The notes under the pieces: model-generated | What the model was told of the DNA's origin: nothing | Database searches by the model: none | Seen by the model: the letters and a program-made list of their open reading frames with translations, nothing else | Shown here: piece by piece, positions 42,360-51,508 of the stretch | How the letters are laid out: every line of letters starts with the position of its first letter | How positions within the stretch are numbered: the first letter of the stretch is position 1 | Made by a program: the position numbers and the translations under genes | Source: Acidimicrobiales bacterium | GTDB taxonomy: Bacteria > Actinomycetota > Acidimicrobiia > Acidimicrobiales > Ilumatobacteraceae | Assembly (NCBI GenBank): GCA_046081125.1 | Contig: JBJTVH010000040.1 | Span: forward strand, 109 to 64,108 | Direction of reading: 5' to 3' | Length of the DNA stretch: 64,000 nucleotides

Positions 42360-43604
42360 TCAGCGCGACCGCTCGGCGACGATCGGGTCGAGAAGACGAG
42401 CGGCAAGTTCGGCGGTGTGGTGAGGGCGCGTCCCCAGGTGGCGCACGTACCCGGCCGTCGTCGTGGGCGAGGCGTGGCCGACGTGGCGGGCCACATCGGC
42501 GAGATCGACTCCACCATCGGCGTACAGCGCTGTGATCACTGCTCGGCGGCCTGCGTGGGTTCCGATGCCGGTCGGGTCGATGCCGGCGATCCTGCAGCAC
42601 TCCTGCACCGCTTTGTAGAGCCGCTGACGTACGACGAGCCGGCCGTCGCCGGTCGTGAAGACCATGTCGAGACTCACACCCTGATAGGTCGTGGTGTGCC
42701 AGGCCGGTCCCACGGCGAGCCGTTGCGCCACCTGGGTCGTGCGGTGAGTTCGGAGCAACTCGACGACGACGGGTGCGATCTCGCGCACGCCCTTGGTCGA
42801 CTGTGTTTTCGGCTCGTCGAGTCGTTGCCCGATGCCCCCGCCGGTGTAGGTCGATCCCCGCTGCACGATCACCGTTCGACGGTCGAGGTCGATGTCCGAC
42901 CAGGCAAGACCAAGCACTTCTGACGCTCGGCCACCGAGGGTGAACAGCATGGCGACACCAGCACCCAACGGATGACGACGCGCAGCCTCGACGATTCGTC
43001 GACACTCCTCGGGAGTGGGTGTTCGTTTGGTCGTCCCACTTGCACCGCTCGACTGCTTCGGCGCCCGTACCTCGCTGACCACGTTGAACGGCACAAGCCG
43101 ATGCTTCACGGCCGTCGCCATGATCTGGTGCAACGCGGTGCGATCGTTGCGGACGGTCGACGCTGACAAATGACCCAGTCGCGAAACGCGCCATTGCAGC
43201 ACTTGATCTGTCGTCAAACGCGCCACTGGGATGTCGCCGAGCTCGACAACCAGCCGAGCGACCGACTTGCGGTAGGCGTGCAGGGTCGGCGGTCTGACGT
43301 CAGGTGCCTTGACATAGGTGAGCCACCACTCCGCCAGTTCAGCGATCGTCATCGTCGGCGACAGTGGTCCACCGGTCGAACGGGCGGACGCTTCGGCGGC
43401 ATCGAGCGCACGCTGTTCGGCCTCGGCACGGGTGCGCCCGAGCACCGAGCGCCGCTTCCCTGCGGCGTCGAGGTAGGTCGCTCGCCAGCGGTCCTTGCTC
43501 TTGTCGAAGAACACGCTGCCGGCGCCGTTCTCAGCCTTGCCGGCCACGCTGACGACCTTGCCGTCGCCGTCTCTGCGCTGCTTCGGGGTTGGCCGTCGCG
43601 GCAT
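42360..43604 (-). CDS. int: tyrosine recombinase / phage-type integrase
   Basis: ATG 43604 (MPRRPTPKQRRDGDGK...). Catalytic-domain motifs LFTLGGRASEVLGLAWSDID, GTHAGRRAVITALY (HxxR), HVGHASPTTTAGYVRH (H...Y). Confidence 0.9.
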   Translation of the reverse strand: MPRRPTPKQRRDGDGKVVSVAGKAENGAGSVFFDKSKDRWRATYLDAAGKRRSVLGRTRAEAEQRALDAAEASARSTGGPLSPTMTIAELAEWWLTYVKAPDVRPPTLHAYRKSVARLVVELGDIPVARLTTDQVLQWRVSRLGHLSASTVRNDRTALHQIMATAVKHRLVPFNVVSEVRAPKQSSGASGTTKRTPTPEECRRIVEAARRHPLGAGVAMLFTLGGRASEVLGLAWSDIDLDRRTVIVQRGSTYTGGGIGQRLDEPKTQSTKGVREIAPVVVELLRTHRTTQVAQRLAVGPAWHTTTYQGVSLDMVFTTGDGRLVVRQRLYKAVQECCRIAGIDPTGIGTHAGRRAVITALYADGGVDLADVARHVGHASPTTTAGYVRHLGTRPHHTAELAARLLDPIVAERSR

Positions 43605-43631
43605 CAGCTGGCCGCCGAATCGGTACCTGCG

Positions 43632-43674
43632 GGGAGCAACCCGGGGAGCAACGGGGAGCAACCGGGGGAGCAAC
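43632..43674 (+). repeat. GGGAGCAAC x4 array between the integrase start and tRNA-Ala
   Basis: Units at 43632, 43644, 43654 and 43666. The first 23 bp are identical to 38109..38131. Confidence 0.8.
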
Positions 43675-43771
43675 GAGCCAGAAACGTCACAAGTGCGAAG
43701 TGTATGCCCTAGGACGTTTGCCCTGCTCAAGCCCTACATCGGTGGACAACGGCGGACGGCAGTGGACGGTT

Positions 43772-43848
43772 TGGTGGAGACGATGGGACTCGAACCCACG
43801 ACCTTCTGCGTGCAAAGCAGACGCTCTAGCCAACTGAGCTACGTCCCC
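43772..43848 (-). tRNA. tRNA-Ala (anticodon UGC), CCA encoded
   Basis: Reverse complement: GGGGACGTAGCTCAGTTGGCTAGAGCGTCTGCTTTGCACGCAGAAGGTCGTGGGTTCGAGTCCCATCGTCTCCACCA. It folds as a cloverleaf by hand. The anticodon loop is TTTGCAC, and the G3:U70 Ala identity pair is present. Confidence 0.95.
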
Positions 43849-43894
43849 GAGGGGCGACCGAACTCTATCCGGCCGCACCCGGGTAAACCGAGGG

Positions 43895-44740
43895 CTAGGG
43901 CATCATGCTCCCGAGGGGAAGGAACCCCGTGGCGATCGAGGCGTTCCGGGCTTCGATCGCTCCGAGCATGTCGGGGTGGGTGACGATCCAGAACCGCTCC
44001 GTGCGGATCCCGTCGACGACCATCCCCGCCACCTCCGCCGGGTCGAGTGCGATCGTGGCGAAGATGTCCTTCAGCGTGTCGTTGCGAGCGGTGGCCTCGC
44101 CGCCCTTGCGCCGCTCGTTGCGCAGTTCGGCGGGTCGGTTGCGCTGGCTGGTGAGGATGTTGGTTCGAACCCAACCGGGGCACAGCACCGAGACGTGCAC
44201 CGGCGACCCGGCCTGGTGCAGTTCGACCGCAAGCGACTCCGACAACCCCACCACGGCGAATTTCGACGCGCAGTACGGCCCGATCCCAGCCGACCCGGCC
44301 AGGCCTGCCAGTGATGCGGTGTTGACGATGTGCGCCGGTTCACCGTGAGCCGTCAGGTGGGGCAAGAACGCGTGGACGCCGTGCACCACCCCCCAAAGGT
44401 TCACCTCGATCACCCAGCGCCAGTCGTTGAGCGTGGTGGAGGCGAGCAGGCCGCCACCACCGATGCCGGCGTTGTTGCACAACACGTGCACCCGCCCGAA
44501 GCGCTCGATCGTCGCATCGGCCAGCGCCTGCACCGCCTCGGCCGATCGCACGTCGACCACGCGCCCCATCACCGTGGCGCCACCCGCCGCCAGCGACGCC
44601 ACGGCAGCATCGAGCGGGCCCGGCTCGACGTCGGCGAGCACCACCGACATCCCCTCCGCAGCAAAGCGCGTGGCCAGGGCCAACCCGATCCCGCTCGCTG
44701 CGCCCGTCACGACCGCCGTCCGTCCTGCGAGTTGCTCCAT
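43895..44740 (-). CDS. SDR-family oxidoreductase
   Basis: TGAASGIGLA (TGxxxGxG), NNAG, YCASK (YxxxK). Confidence 0.9.
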   Translation of the reverse strand: MEQLAGRTAVVTGAASGIGLALATRFAAEGMSVVLADVEPGPLDAAVASLAAGGATVMGRVVDVRSAEAVQALADATIERFGRVHVLCNNAGIGGGGLLASTTLNDWRWVIEVNLWGVVHGVHAFLPHLTAHGEPAHIVNTASLAGLAGSAGIGPYCASKFAVVGLSESLAVELHQAGSPVHVSVLCPGWVRTNILTSQRNRPAELRNERRKGGEATARNDTLKDIFATIALDPAEVAGMVVDGIRTERFWIVTHPDMLGAIEARNASIATGFLPLGSMMP

Positions 44741-44820
44741 GCGGGCAACCTAACCCTCCGGCCGGGCCGGGGGCCCGTGCCCGGTTGGGGCCGGTTCGAC
44801 CGGCGTCGTAGCGTTCGGGA

Positions 44821-46062
44821 ATGCGGCTCGGCTTCGGTTCCTTCCTCGCCCCCCACCATCCGCTCGGCGAGTCGCCGACGTTGCTGCTGCGGCGCGACCT
44901 CGACTTCGTCGCTCATCTCGACGCTCTGGGCTTCGACGAGTTCTGGTGCGGGGAGCATCACTCCTCGGGCTGGGAGATGATCGGCTCGCCGGAGTTGTTC
45001 CTCGCCGCCGCCGGCGAACGCTCGCATCACATCCGCCTCGGCACCGGGGTGGTCTCGCTGCCGTACCACCACCCGTTCAACGTGGCGCAGCGGATGGTGC
45101 AGCTCGACCACCAGACGCGCGGCCGGGTCATCCTTGGCACCGGGCCGGGCGCGCTGCCCTCCGACGCCTGGATGCTCGGCATCGACCCGGCCACCCAGCG
45201 CGACCGCCAGGACGAGGCGATCGGGGTGATCAAGCGGCTGCTGGCCGGTGAGGTCGTCAGCCACGAGTCGCCGTGGTTCACCCTGCGCGACGCGCAGCTG
45301 CAGATCCTGCCGTTGCAGGAGCGCCTGCCGATGGCCGCCGCCTCGTCGCTGAGCCCGTCGGGCATGACGCTCGCCGGCAAGCACTCCATCGGGGTGTTGT
45401 CGATCGCGTCGAACTCCTCCGAGGGCCTTCAGGCCCTTCCCACCCAATGGTCCTTCGCCGAGGCCGCGGCGCACACCCACGGCGGCGTGGCCGACCGGTC
45501 CCAGTGGCGGGTCCTGATGTCGTTCCACATCGCCGAGACCCGGGAACAGGCCCGGGCCGAGGCAGCCGACGGGTTGCAGCGGTGGCACAACGAATACAAC
45601 GTGAAGATCCTCGGGCGCCCGAATGCCGTGCACGTCGAGAACAAGTGGGAGTTGCTCGAGCAGATGACCGACCGGGCCGCCGGCGGTGGTGCCGTCATCG
45701 GCACGCCGGACGATCTCGTCGCGGCGATCCGCGACCTCTACGAGCTCACCGGTGGCTTCGGCACCCTCATCGGCTTCGCGCACGATTGGGCCAACCGGGA
45801 GAACACCTGGCGGTCCTGGGAGCTGATCGCCCGCTACGTGATCCCCGAGGTGAACGGCCAACTGCGCAAGCTGCGGGCCTCGGCACAGTTCCTGATCGAC
45901 CGGCAGGCCGAACTCATGGGCGGCGCATCGGCTGCCGTCATGCAGAAGATCCTCGGCAACGACACCGCCGCCGCGGCCCTCGCCGTCACCCTGCAGCAAC
46001 GTCAGGCCAACCAGGCATGGCGACCCGGCGCGGCACCGGAGACGACGCCGGCCAACCGGTGA
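44821..46062 (+). CDS. LLM-class (luciferase-like) flavin-dependent monooxygenase
   Basis: 413 aa. FDEFWCGEHHSS..., LGTGVVSLPYHHP, and the overall pattern of limonene-monooxygenase-type LLM proteins. Confidence 0.8.
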   Translation: MRLGFGSFLAPHHPLGESPTLLLRRDLDFVAHLDALGFDEFWCGEHHSSGWEMIGSPELFLAAAGERSHHIRLGTGVVSLPYHHPFNVAQRMVQLDHQTRGRVILGTGPGALPSDAWMLGIDPATQRDRQDEAIGVIKRLLAGEVVSHESPWFTLRDAQLQILPLQERLPMAAASSLSPSGMTLAGKHSIGVLSIASNSSEGLQALPTQWSFAEAAAHTHGGVADRSQWRVLMSFHIAETREQARAEAADGLQRWHNEYNVKILGRPNAVHVENKWELLEQMTDRAAGGGAVIGTPDDLVAAIRDLYELTGGFGTLIGFAHDWANRENTWRSWELIARYVIPEVNGQLRKLRASAQFLIDRQAELMGGASAAVMQKILGNDTAAAALAVTLQQRQANQAWRPGAAPETTPANR

Positions 46063-46063
46063 G

Positions 46064-48247
46064 CTACTGCTCCTGGAACACGTGGAGACGGCCGACGTAG
46101 CAGGCCACCCACACCTGTCGGGCCTCGGCGTCATGGGTGATCCCGATCGGATTGGTCGACACCGGGATCACGGCCGTCACGGCCATGTCCGAGGTCCGCA
46201 CCTGCGCGAACGACGAGCCGAAGTAGTTGACCACGTACAACGTCGAGCCGTCCGGCGTGAGCACGGCGCTGCGGGGCGTATCACCGGTGACGGCTCGACC
46301 GACCACAGCGCCCGTTGCCGTGTCGATCTTGGCCACCTGGTTGTTGCCGGCCAGCGTCACGTAGAGCCATCGACCGTCGGGGGAGAGGTTGGCGTGCCGG
46401 GGCTGGGTGCCCAGACCCGTGAACCGGCGGGTGACCGTGCCCGTCTCCAAGTCGACGACCGCCACGACGTATGCGCCCATGGCTGCGATGTAGGCCGTCT
46501 TCGAGTCCGCCGTGATGGCGACGCCCCGCGGATTGCGCCCGATCGGCACGCGGCGCACCTCGCGCCCGAGCGCCACGTCGACGATGCTCACGTCGTCGCC
46601 GCACCAGTTCGACACGACGAGCCAGCGGCCGTCGGGGCTGGCCGCCAGGTACTTGGGCACCTTGCCCACGGGGATCACCTGATCGATGGCTAGGGACCCC
46701 AGGTCGACCCGATAGACGGTGCTCGAACCGACCGGATCGCTCGGCAGGCAATCGTCGAACCCTTCGGGTCCGTCGCCCGGGCCGTACATCGCATAGTTGC
46801 TCACGTACATCGAGCGGCCGTCGGCCGACACCGTTGCCTCGACGGGCGCGCCGGGTCGACCGCCGACATTGTCGGAGATGGTCCGCACGAGGCGGAGGTC
46901 GCGGTCGTAGACCGTGATCGTGTGTGAGTACATCATGTTCTGGGCGAAGAACAGCCCGGTCCCCGTGGCGACGACCGACTTGGGCGAAATGCGTCCGCCG
47001 ACGACGCCGAGCGACACGAGGGGACCACCCGAGGCTGCATTCGGCGGTGGCGGCGCAACAGGCGGGACACCGGACTCTGCGGGCACGGGTGCCCCGGTGA
47101 ACCATCCGGCAAGGTCGCCGATGAGTTGCGTCGATCGTTGCGCGTACAACGAGATGGCGTTCGTCGAGCCGAGTCGCACGAGCGCAAGGTTGGCTCTCGT
47201 CTGCCACGTCTGCTCGAGGTTGAGGTTGGACGTGCCGGGCCATGCCGTTCCCGCCGGGTACGCCGTCACGAAACCGGGACGGGTCGATTCGGTCGCGGTC
47301 AGGTTCATCAGCACGGCCGCTGCGGTTCCCGTCGGGAGGCCCGGCACGGACACGTCGCTGCGCCACGAATCGACAGGTCGCGTCATGCCGAAATCGGATC
47401 GCGTGTCGAAGAATCGGGACGGCGCCACCGGCACGAACCGACCCGAGTCGGCGACGGCGGCGGTCGGTCCCGTGAACATCCCGAGGAGGTCGACGACGAG
47501 GTGGGTTCCGCTCTGGCTGAACACCCGGATGTCACCCGTCGGACCGACCGGCACCACGGCGAGGTTCGACACCGTCTGCCCTGCCCGCTCCACGTTGAGA
47601 TTGGACGCCAAGGGACGCTGCACCCCGTCGGGGTGCACGGTGAGGAATCCGGGGGCGAGGGCCTCGGTGGCCGTCACGTTGACCACGACGGCCGATGCGC
47701 CCGGCGTCCTGGCCGCCACCGGAACAACGACGCTGTCCGTCCGGCCCACGGGACGGCCCGCACGGGTGTCGAGGACCCGCACCGGTCCGACCGGTTCGAA
47801 GCGCCCGTCGGCAACCGGGGACGCAGCATCGACGAACACCCCGGAGAGGTCGACGACGACGTGCAGGGAACGCTGGACGAACACCTCGAGCGCGCCCTGG
47901 CTCCCGGTGCGCACGACCGCAGCGTTCGCCAGTGTCTGATCGGCACGCTCGACGTTCAGGTTGGACGCGGGCGGCCGGGGCGAGTCGGCCGGCCAGACCG
48001 TGACGAACCCCGGACCCGTCGTCTCCGTAACGGTCACCGTGACGACGGCTGCGAGCACCTCGGAACCCGGGATGACCACCCGGACCGTCCCACCGTCGGG
48101 CACACGCGCTCCGCCGGTACGCGTGTCGAGCAGGCGTTGCGGTCCGACCGGAACCAGACGGGTCGCGCCCGGCACGCCCGCCGCCTTCGGCATCGGCGGT
48201 GAGGCCGAGCCGCCCTCCCCAGACGGCGCGACCGGCGCAGACGGCAC
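46064..48247 (-). CDS. secreted/lipoprotein candidate: three about 125-aa N-terminal repeats plus C-terminal YVTN-type beta-propeller
   Basis: Repeats share R.LDTR...N.T.T......GF.T..P.......SNLN......N.A.V..G... The C-terminal half has YVTN/lactonase-like blades (SADGRSMYVSN, SPDGRWLVVSN, SPDGRWLYVT, TPDGSTLYVVN). The true start is probably upstream of 48247 (see finding). Confidence 0.75.
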   Translation of the reverse strand: MPSAPVAPSGEGGSASPPMPKAAGVPGATRLVPVGPQRLLDTRTGGARVPDGGTVRVVIPGSEVLAAVVTVTVTETTGPGFVTVWPADSPRPPASNLNVERADQTLANAAVVRTGSQGALEVFVQRSLHVVVDLSGVFVDAASPVADGRFEPVGPVRVLDTRAGRPVGRTDSVVVPVAARTPGASAVVVNVTATEALAPGFLTVHPDGVQRPLASNLNVERAGQTVSNLAVVPVGPTGDIRVFSQSGTHLVVDLLGMFTGPTAAVADSGRFVPVAPSRFFDTRSDFGMTRPVDSWRSDVSVPGLPTGTAAAVLMNLTATESTRPGFVTAYPAGTAWPGTSNLNLEQTWQTRANLALVRLGSTNAISLYAQRSTQLIGDLAGWFTGAPVPAESGVPPVAPPPPNAASGGPLVSLGVVGGRISPKSVVATGTGLFFAQNMMYSHTITVYDRDLRLVRTISDNVGGRPGAPVEATVSADGRSMYVSNYAMYGPGDGPEGFDDCLPSDPVGSSTVYRVDLGSLAIDQVIPVGKVPKYLAASPDGRWLVVSNWCGDDVSIVDVALGREVRRVPIGRNPRGVAITADSKTAYIAAMGAYVVAVVDLETGTVTRRFTGLGTQPRHANLSPDGRWLYVTLAGNNQVAKIDTATGAVVGRAVTGDTPRSAVLTPDGSTLYVVNYFGSSFAQVRTSDMAVTAVIPVSTNPIGITHDAEARQVWVACYVGRLHVFQEQ

Positions 48248-48458
48248 CGCCGCACCCGCTGCAATAGCAGAGGAGGACGACGCAGCGGGAGGGTCCGCGG
48301 CCGCCGGACTCGCCGACTGCGTTGCCTGGCATCCGCTCGCCGTCGCGAGGACGGCACAGACGGCGGTGCCCCAGAGCCTCAGTCCACGTCGCAGACCCGG
48401 TGGGCCTTTCCGTGAACGTCCCGACCCTTCACCGATCGGGCATCAGGGTGCACGTGGC

Positions 48459-50180
48459 TCACGACGAGGCCCCGGAGCGCAGCGTGCGACCCGCGAAGGC
48501 CCCGGTGTGCTCACCGTGCTCCATGAAGACCTGGCCGTTGACGATCGTGGCGTCGTAGCCACCGCCCCGCTGCACGTACCGGCCGGCACCACCGGGGAAG
48601 TCGCGCGCGTACTCCGGGATCGGCAGGTGCAGGCCCTCGAAATCGATCACGTTCACGTCGGCGTAGGCACCGGGCACCAACCGGCCCCGACCGGCGAGCC
48701 CGAACAGGTCGGCAGTGTCGGACGTGAGACGTCGCACCGCCTCCTCGATCGTCCACCGCTGACGCTCCCGGACCCAGTACGTGAGGAAGAACGTGGGCTG
48801 CGAGGAGTCCATGATCTGCCCGACGTGGGCGCCGGCGTCGGCGAGGCCGAGGGTGACCACCGGATCGTCGAGCATCTCCTGCACCGCGTCGAGCGACTGG
48901 TTCAGCGCCGGGTAGTTGAGCACCACGGCGCCGTCGGTCTCATCCGCGAGGGCGAGGAACGCCTCGGCCACCGACACCCCCCGGCGAGCCGCCTCGGCCG
49001 CGAGCGAACGAGCGGGGTCGAGGTCGTAACGGGCTTCACCCGGGCCCAGCACGTAGATCCCGGTTGCGTCGATCGGCAGCGGCCGGGTCTCGGCCTCGGC
49101 CACGAGCGCCGACCGACGCTGCGGATCACGGATCACCGCCAGGCGCTCGGCCGGCGACAGTTCGCCCAGCGCCCGCCACGACGGGTTCAGGTCGAACGGC
49201 GTCCGATTGTCGAGCGACCACAGGATGCCGACCCCGCGCGCCGTGGTCTGGGGGCGCACGACGGCCCCGAGCGCGTTCTCCTCCTTGGCGAAATCGACGA
49301 CCCGCCGGTAGAGGTCGGGTCGGCGGTACGACTGGGTGAGCCCGAAGCTCACCGGCCGCCCGCTGCGCCGGCTCACCTCACCCATCCAGGCCAACTCGGC
49401 CCGGGTGTTCGGGTAGCCGTCGGTGTCGCGCTCGCCGAGGCGGGACGCCGATTCGAACACCCCGCGACCGTGGCGACCGAGGACGTCGGCGATGGCGTAC
49501 AACTCTTCGACAGCGGCGAAGGTCCCCGGAACCGGGCGGCCGTCGGGCACCTTGTGCAGGAAGGTGCGCGACGTCGAGAAACCGAGTGCACCGGAGCCGA
49601 TCGCTTCGTCGACGAGCTCGCACATGGCTGCGAGGTCGTCGGCCGACGCCGGGGCTTCGTCGAGGCTGCGCTCGCCCATCGCCGCGACGCGCACGGCGCA
49701 GTGCCCGACCATGCCGCCGATGTTGAAGCCCTTCGGCAGCGTGTCGATCCAGCCGAGGTACTCGCCGTAGGTCCGCCACGTCCACGGCATGCCCTCGAGG
49801 ATGGCGTGGCGGGGGATGTCCTCGACCGACTCCATCATCTCGGCGAGGAATGGCGCACCGCCGTCGCGCACCGGAGCGAACGTGACCCCGCAGTTGCCGA
49901 GCACGGCCGAGGTGATGCCGTGCCAACAACTCGACGTGCCCACGTGGTCCCAGGCGATCTGGGCGTCGAGATGGGTGTGGATGTCCACGAAGCCGGGGGT
50001 GACGACACGCCCGTCGGCGTCGATGGTGCGCGTCGCCGTGCCCTCCCATCCGGGCTCGACGGCCACGATCCGATCGCCGGCAACGGCTACGTCGGCCCGG
50101 CGGGCTGCAGCCCCCGTGCCGTCGACCACGGTTCCCCCTCGAACGACGAGATCGACCTGCATCGCGTTCCCCATTCTCAC
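48459..50180 (-). CDS. N-acyl-D-amino-acid deacylase (D-aminoacylase) family amidohydrolase
   Basis: VVRGGTVVDGTG...DRIVAV...GRVVTPGFVDIHTHLD (HxH metal site). Length and C-terminal beta-barrel segment are typical. The start may be the internal ATG at 50162. Confidence 0.8.
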   Translation of the reverse strand: MRMGNAMQVDLVVRGGTVVDGTGAAARRADVAVAGDRIVAVEPGWEGTATRTIDADGRVVTPGFVDIHTHLDAQIAWDHVGTSSCWHGITSAVLGNCGVTFAPVRDGGAPFLAEMMESVEDIPRHAILEGMPWTWRTYGEYLGWIDTLPKGFNIGGMVGHCAVRVAAMGERSLDEAPASADDLAAMCELVDEAIGSGALGFSTSRTFLHKVPDGRPVPGTFAAVEELYAIADVLGRHGRGVFESASRLGERDTDGYPNTRAELAWMGEVSRRSGRPVSFGLTQSYRRPDLYRRVVDFAKEENALGAVVRPQTTARGVGILWSLDNRTPFDLNPSWRALGELSPAERLAVIRDPQRRSALVAEAETRPLPIDATGIYVLGPGEARYDLDPARSLAAEAARRGVSVAEAFLALADETDGAVVLNYPALNQSLDAVQEMLDDPVVTLGLADAGAHVGQIMDSSQPTFFLTYWVRERQRWTIEEAVRRLTSDTADLFGLAGRGRLVPGAYADVNVIDFEGLHLPIPEYARDFPGGAGRYVQRGGGYDATIVNGQVFMEHGEHTGAFAGRTLRSGASS

Positions 50181-50292
50181 GAGTGGCTCTCCCGATCATT
50201 GCAGCAGCGCAGCGGGCCGACCACCTTCTCCATTCGGAACGGCTAGGGTCCGGCGGTCCTCGCACCGGTCGTGCTCGCCCCGAGGAGTCCCC

Positions 50293-51507
50293 GTGGCCGC
50301 TGAGCTCATCTACGCGTTCCGGGTCATGCGCCTCACCCTGCTCGACGCGGACGGCGCGCCGATCGGGCGGCTCGACGACGTCGTGCTCGCCCCCGGCCAG
50401 GCCGCGAAGCCGCCCCGGGTCGTCGGATTCGTCGCCACGAGCCAGCGCCGACGGATCTTCGTGAACGCGAACCGGGTGGCCGCGCTCGACAACGACGGCG
50501 CGCATCTCCGGTCCTGGGATCTCGATCTCAACCCGTTCAAGCCGCGCGCCGGCGAGATCCTCGTGTCGTCCCTCATCGATCGGCGGGTGGGCGAGGAAGC
50601 GGTCTCGGACATCGCCCTTCGGCCGGTCGCCGGGCGGACCTTGTCCTGGGAGGTCGCCCGGGTGCGCCTCGCCCGGCGGCACCCGCTGCGCCGCCGCCGC
50701 AGCGAACGGGTGGTCGACTGGGAGGAGGTGGCCGAGTTGTTCGCCACCTCGACGCTCGCCGCCGAAGCGGCGCGCCTGCGCGAGTTGCACCCCAGCGACG
50801 TCGCTGCAGCGTTGCGCTCCCTCCCCCTCACCCAGCGCCGCCAGTTGGCCGCCATGCTCGACGACGAGGGGCTCGCCGACCTCCTCGAGGAGTTGCCCGA
50901 GGCCGAGCAACTCCGGCTGATCGAAGGGCTCGACCTCGAGCGGGTCGTCGCCGTGTTCGACGAGATGGAATACGACGACCTCACCGACCTGTTGGCCGAG
51001 ATGCCGGGCGAGCAGCGCAGCCGGATCATCGCCGCCATGGAGCCGGAGGAGGCCGACGTGGTCACCCGGTTGCTGGCCTACGCAGAGGGATCGGCCGGCT
51101 CGCTCATGACCCCCGAGGTCATCATCCTCGGGCCCACGGCCACCGTCGCCGAGGCGCTCGCCCAGGTTCGCGATCCGAGCTGGCAGGTCTCGGTCGCCGC
51201 GCAGGTCTACGTCACCCAGGCACCGTTCGTGGCACCGACCGGCACCTACCTCGGCGTCGTCCACTTCCAACGGTTGTTGCGCGAACCGCCGGCGATGGAG
51301 CTCGGACGCTGCCTGGAGCCCGAACCGACGATCCCGCCCACGATGCCCGAGCGCGAGGTCGCCGAACGTCTCGCCGCCTACAACCTGCTGTCGGTCGGCG
51401 TCTGCGACGAAGCGGGTCACCTGCTCGGCGCGATCACCGTCGACGACGTCCTCGACCGTGTGCTGCCGACCGGCTGGCGTCAGCGGCGGCGCACCGGGGT
51501 GGGTTGA
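50293..51507 (+). CDS. soluble MgtE-N-domain plus CBS-pair protein
   Basis: GTG 50293. LHPSDVAAALRSLP...LLEELP..E....IE.LD resembles the MgtE N-domain, followed by a CBS pair (MTPEVIILGPTATVAEAL...LSVGVCDEAGHLLGAITVDDVLD). No TM domain. Paired with DUF1003. Confidence 0.75.
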   Translation: MAAELIYAFRVMRLTLLDADGAPIGRLDDVVLAPGQAAKPPRVVGFVATSQRRRIFVNANRVAALDNDGAHLRSWDLDLNPFKPRAGEILVSSLIDRRVGEEAVSDIALRPVAGRTLSWEVARVRLARRHPLRRRRSERVVDWEEVAELFATSTLAAEAARLRELHPSDVAAALRSLPLTQRRQLAAMLDDEGLADLLEELPEAEQLRLIEGLDLERVVAVFDEMEYDDLTDLLAEMPGEQRSRIIAAMEPEEADVVTRLLAYAEGSAGSLMTPEVIILGPTATVAEALAQVRDPSWQVSVAAQVYVTQAPFVAPTGTYLGVVHFQRLLREPPAMELGRCLEPEPTIPPTMPEREVAERLAAYNLLSVGVCDEAGHLLGAITVDDVLDRVLPTGWRQRRRTGVG

Positions 51508-51508
51508 C

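Larger units (their letters stand above)
38041..43791. mobile_element. 5.75-kb integrative island inserted at the 3' end of tRNA-Ala(UGC)
   Basis: Bounded by a 19-bp imperfect direct repeat (18/19 identical) that includes the tRNA 3' end. A tyrosine integrase lies next to the tRNA, with Xis, a TA pair and regulator/membrane genes inside. G+C is visibly lower than the flanks. A 23-bp perfect repeat lies just inside both ends. Confidence 0.8.
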
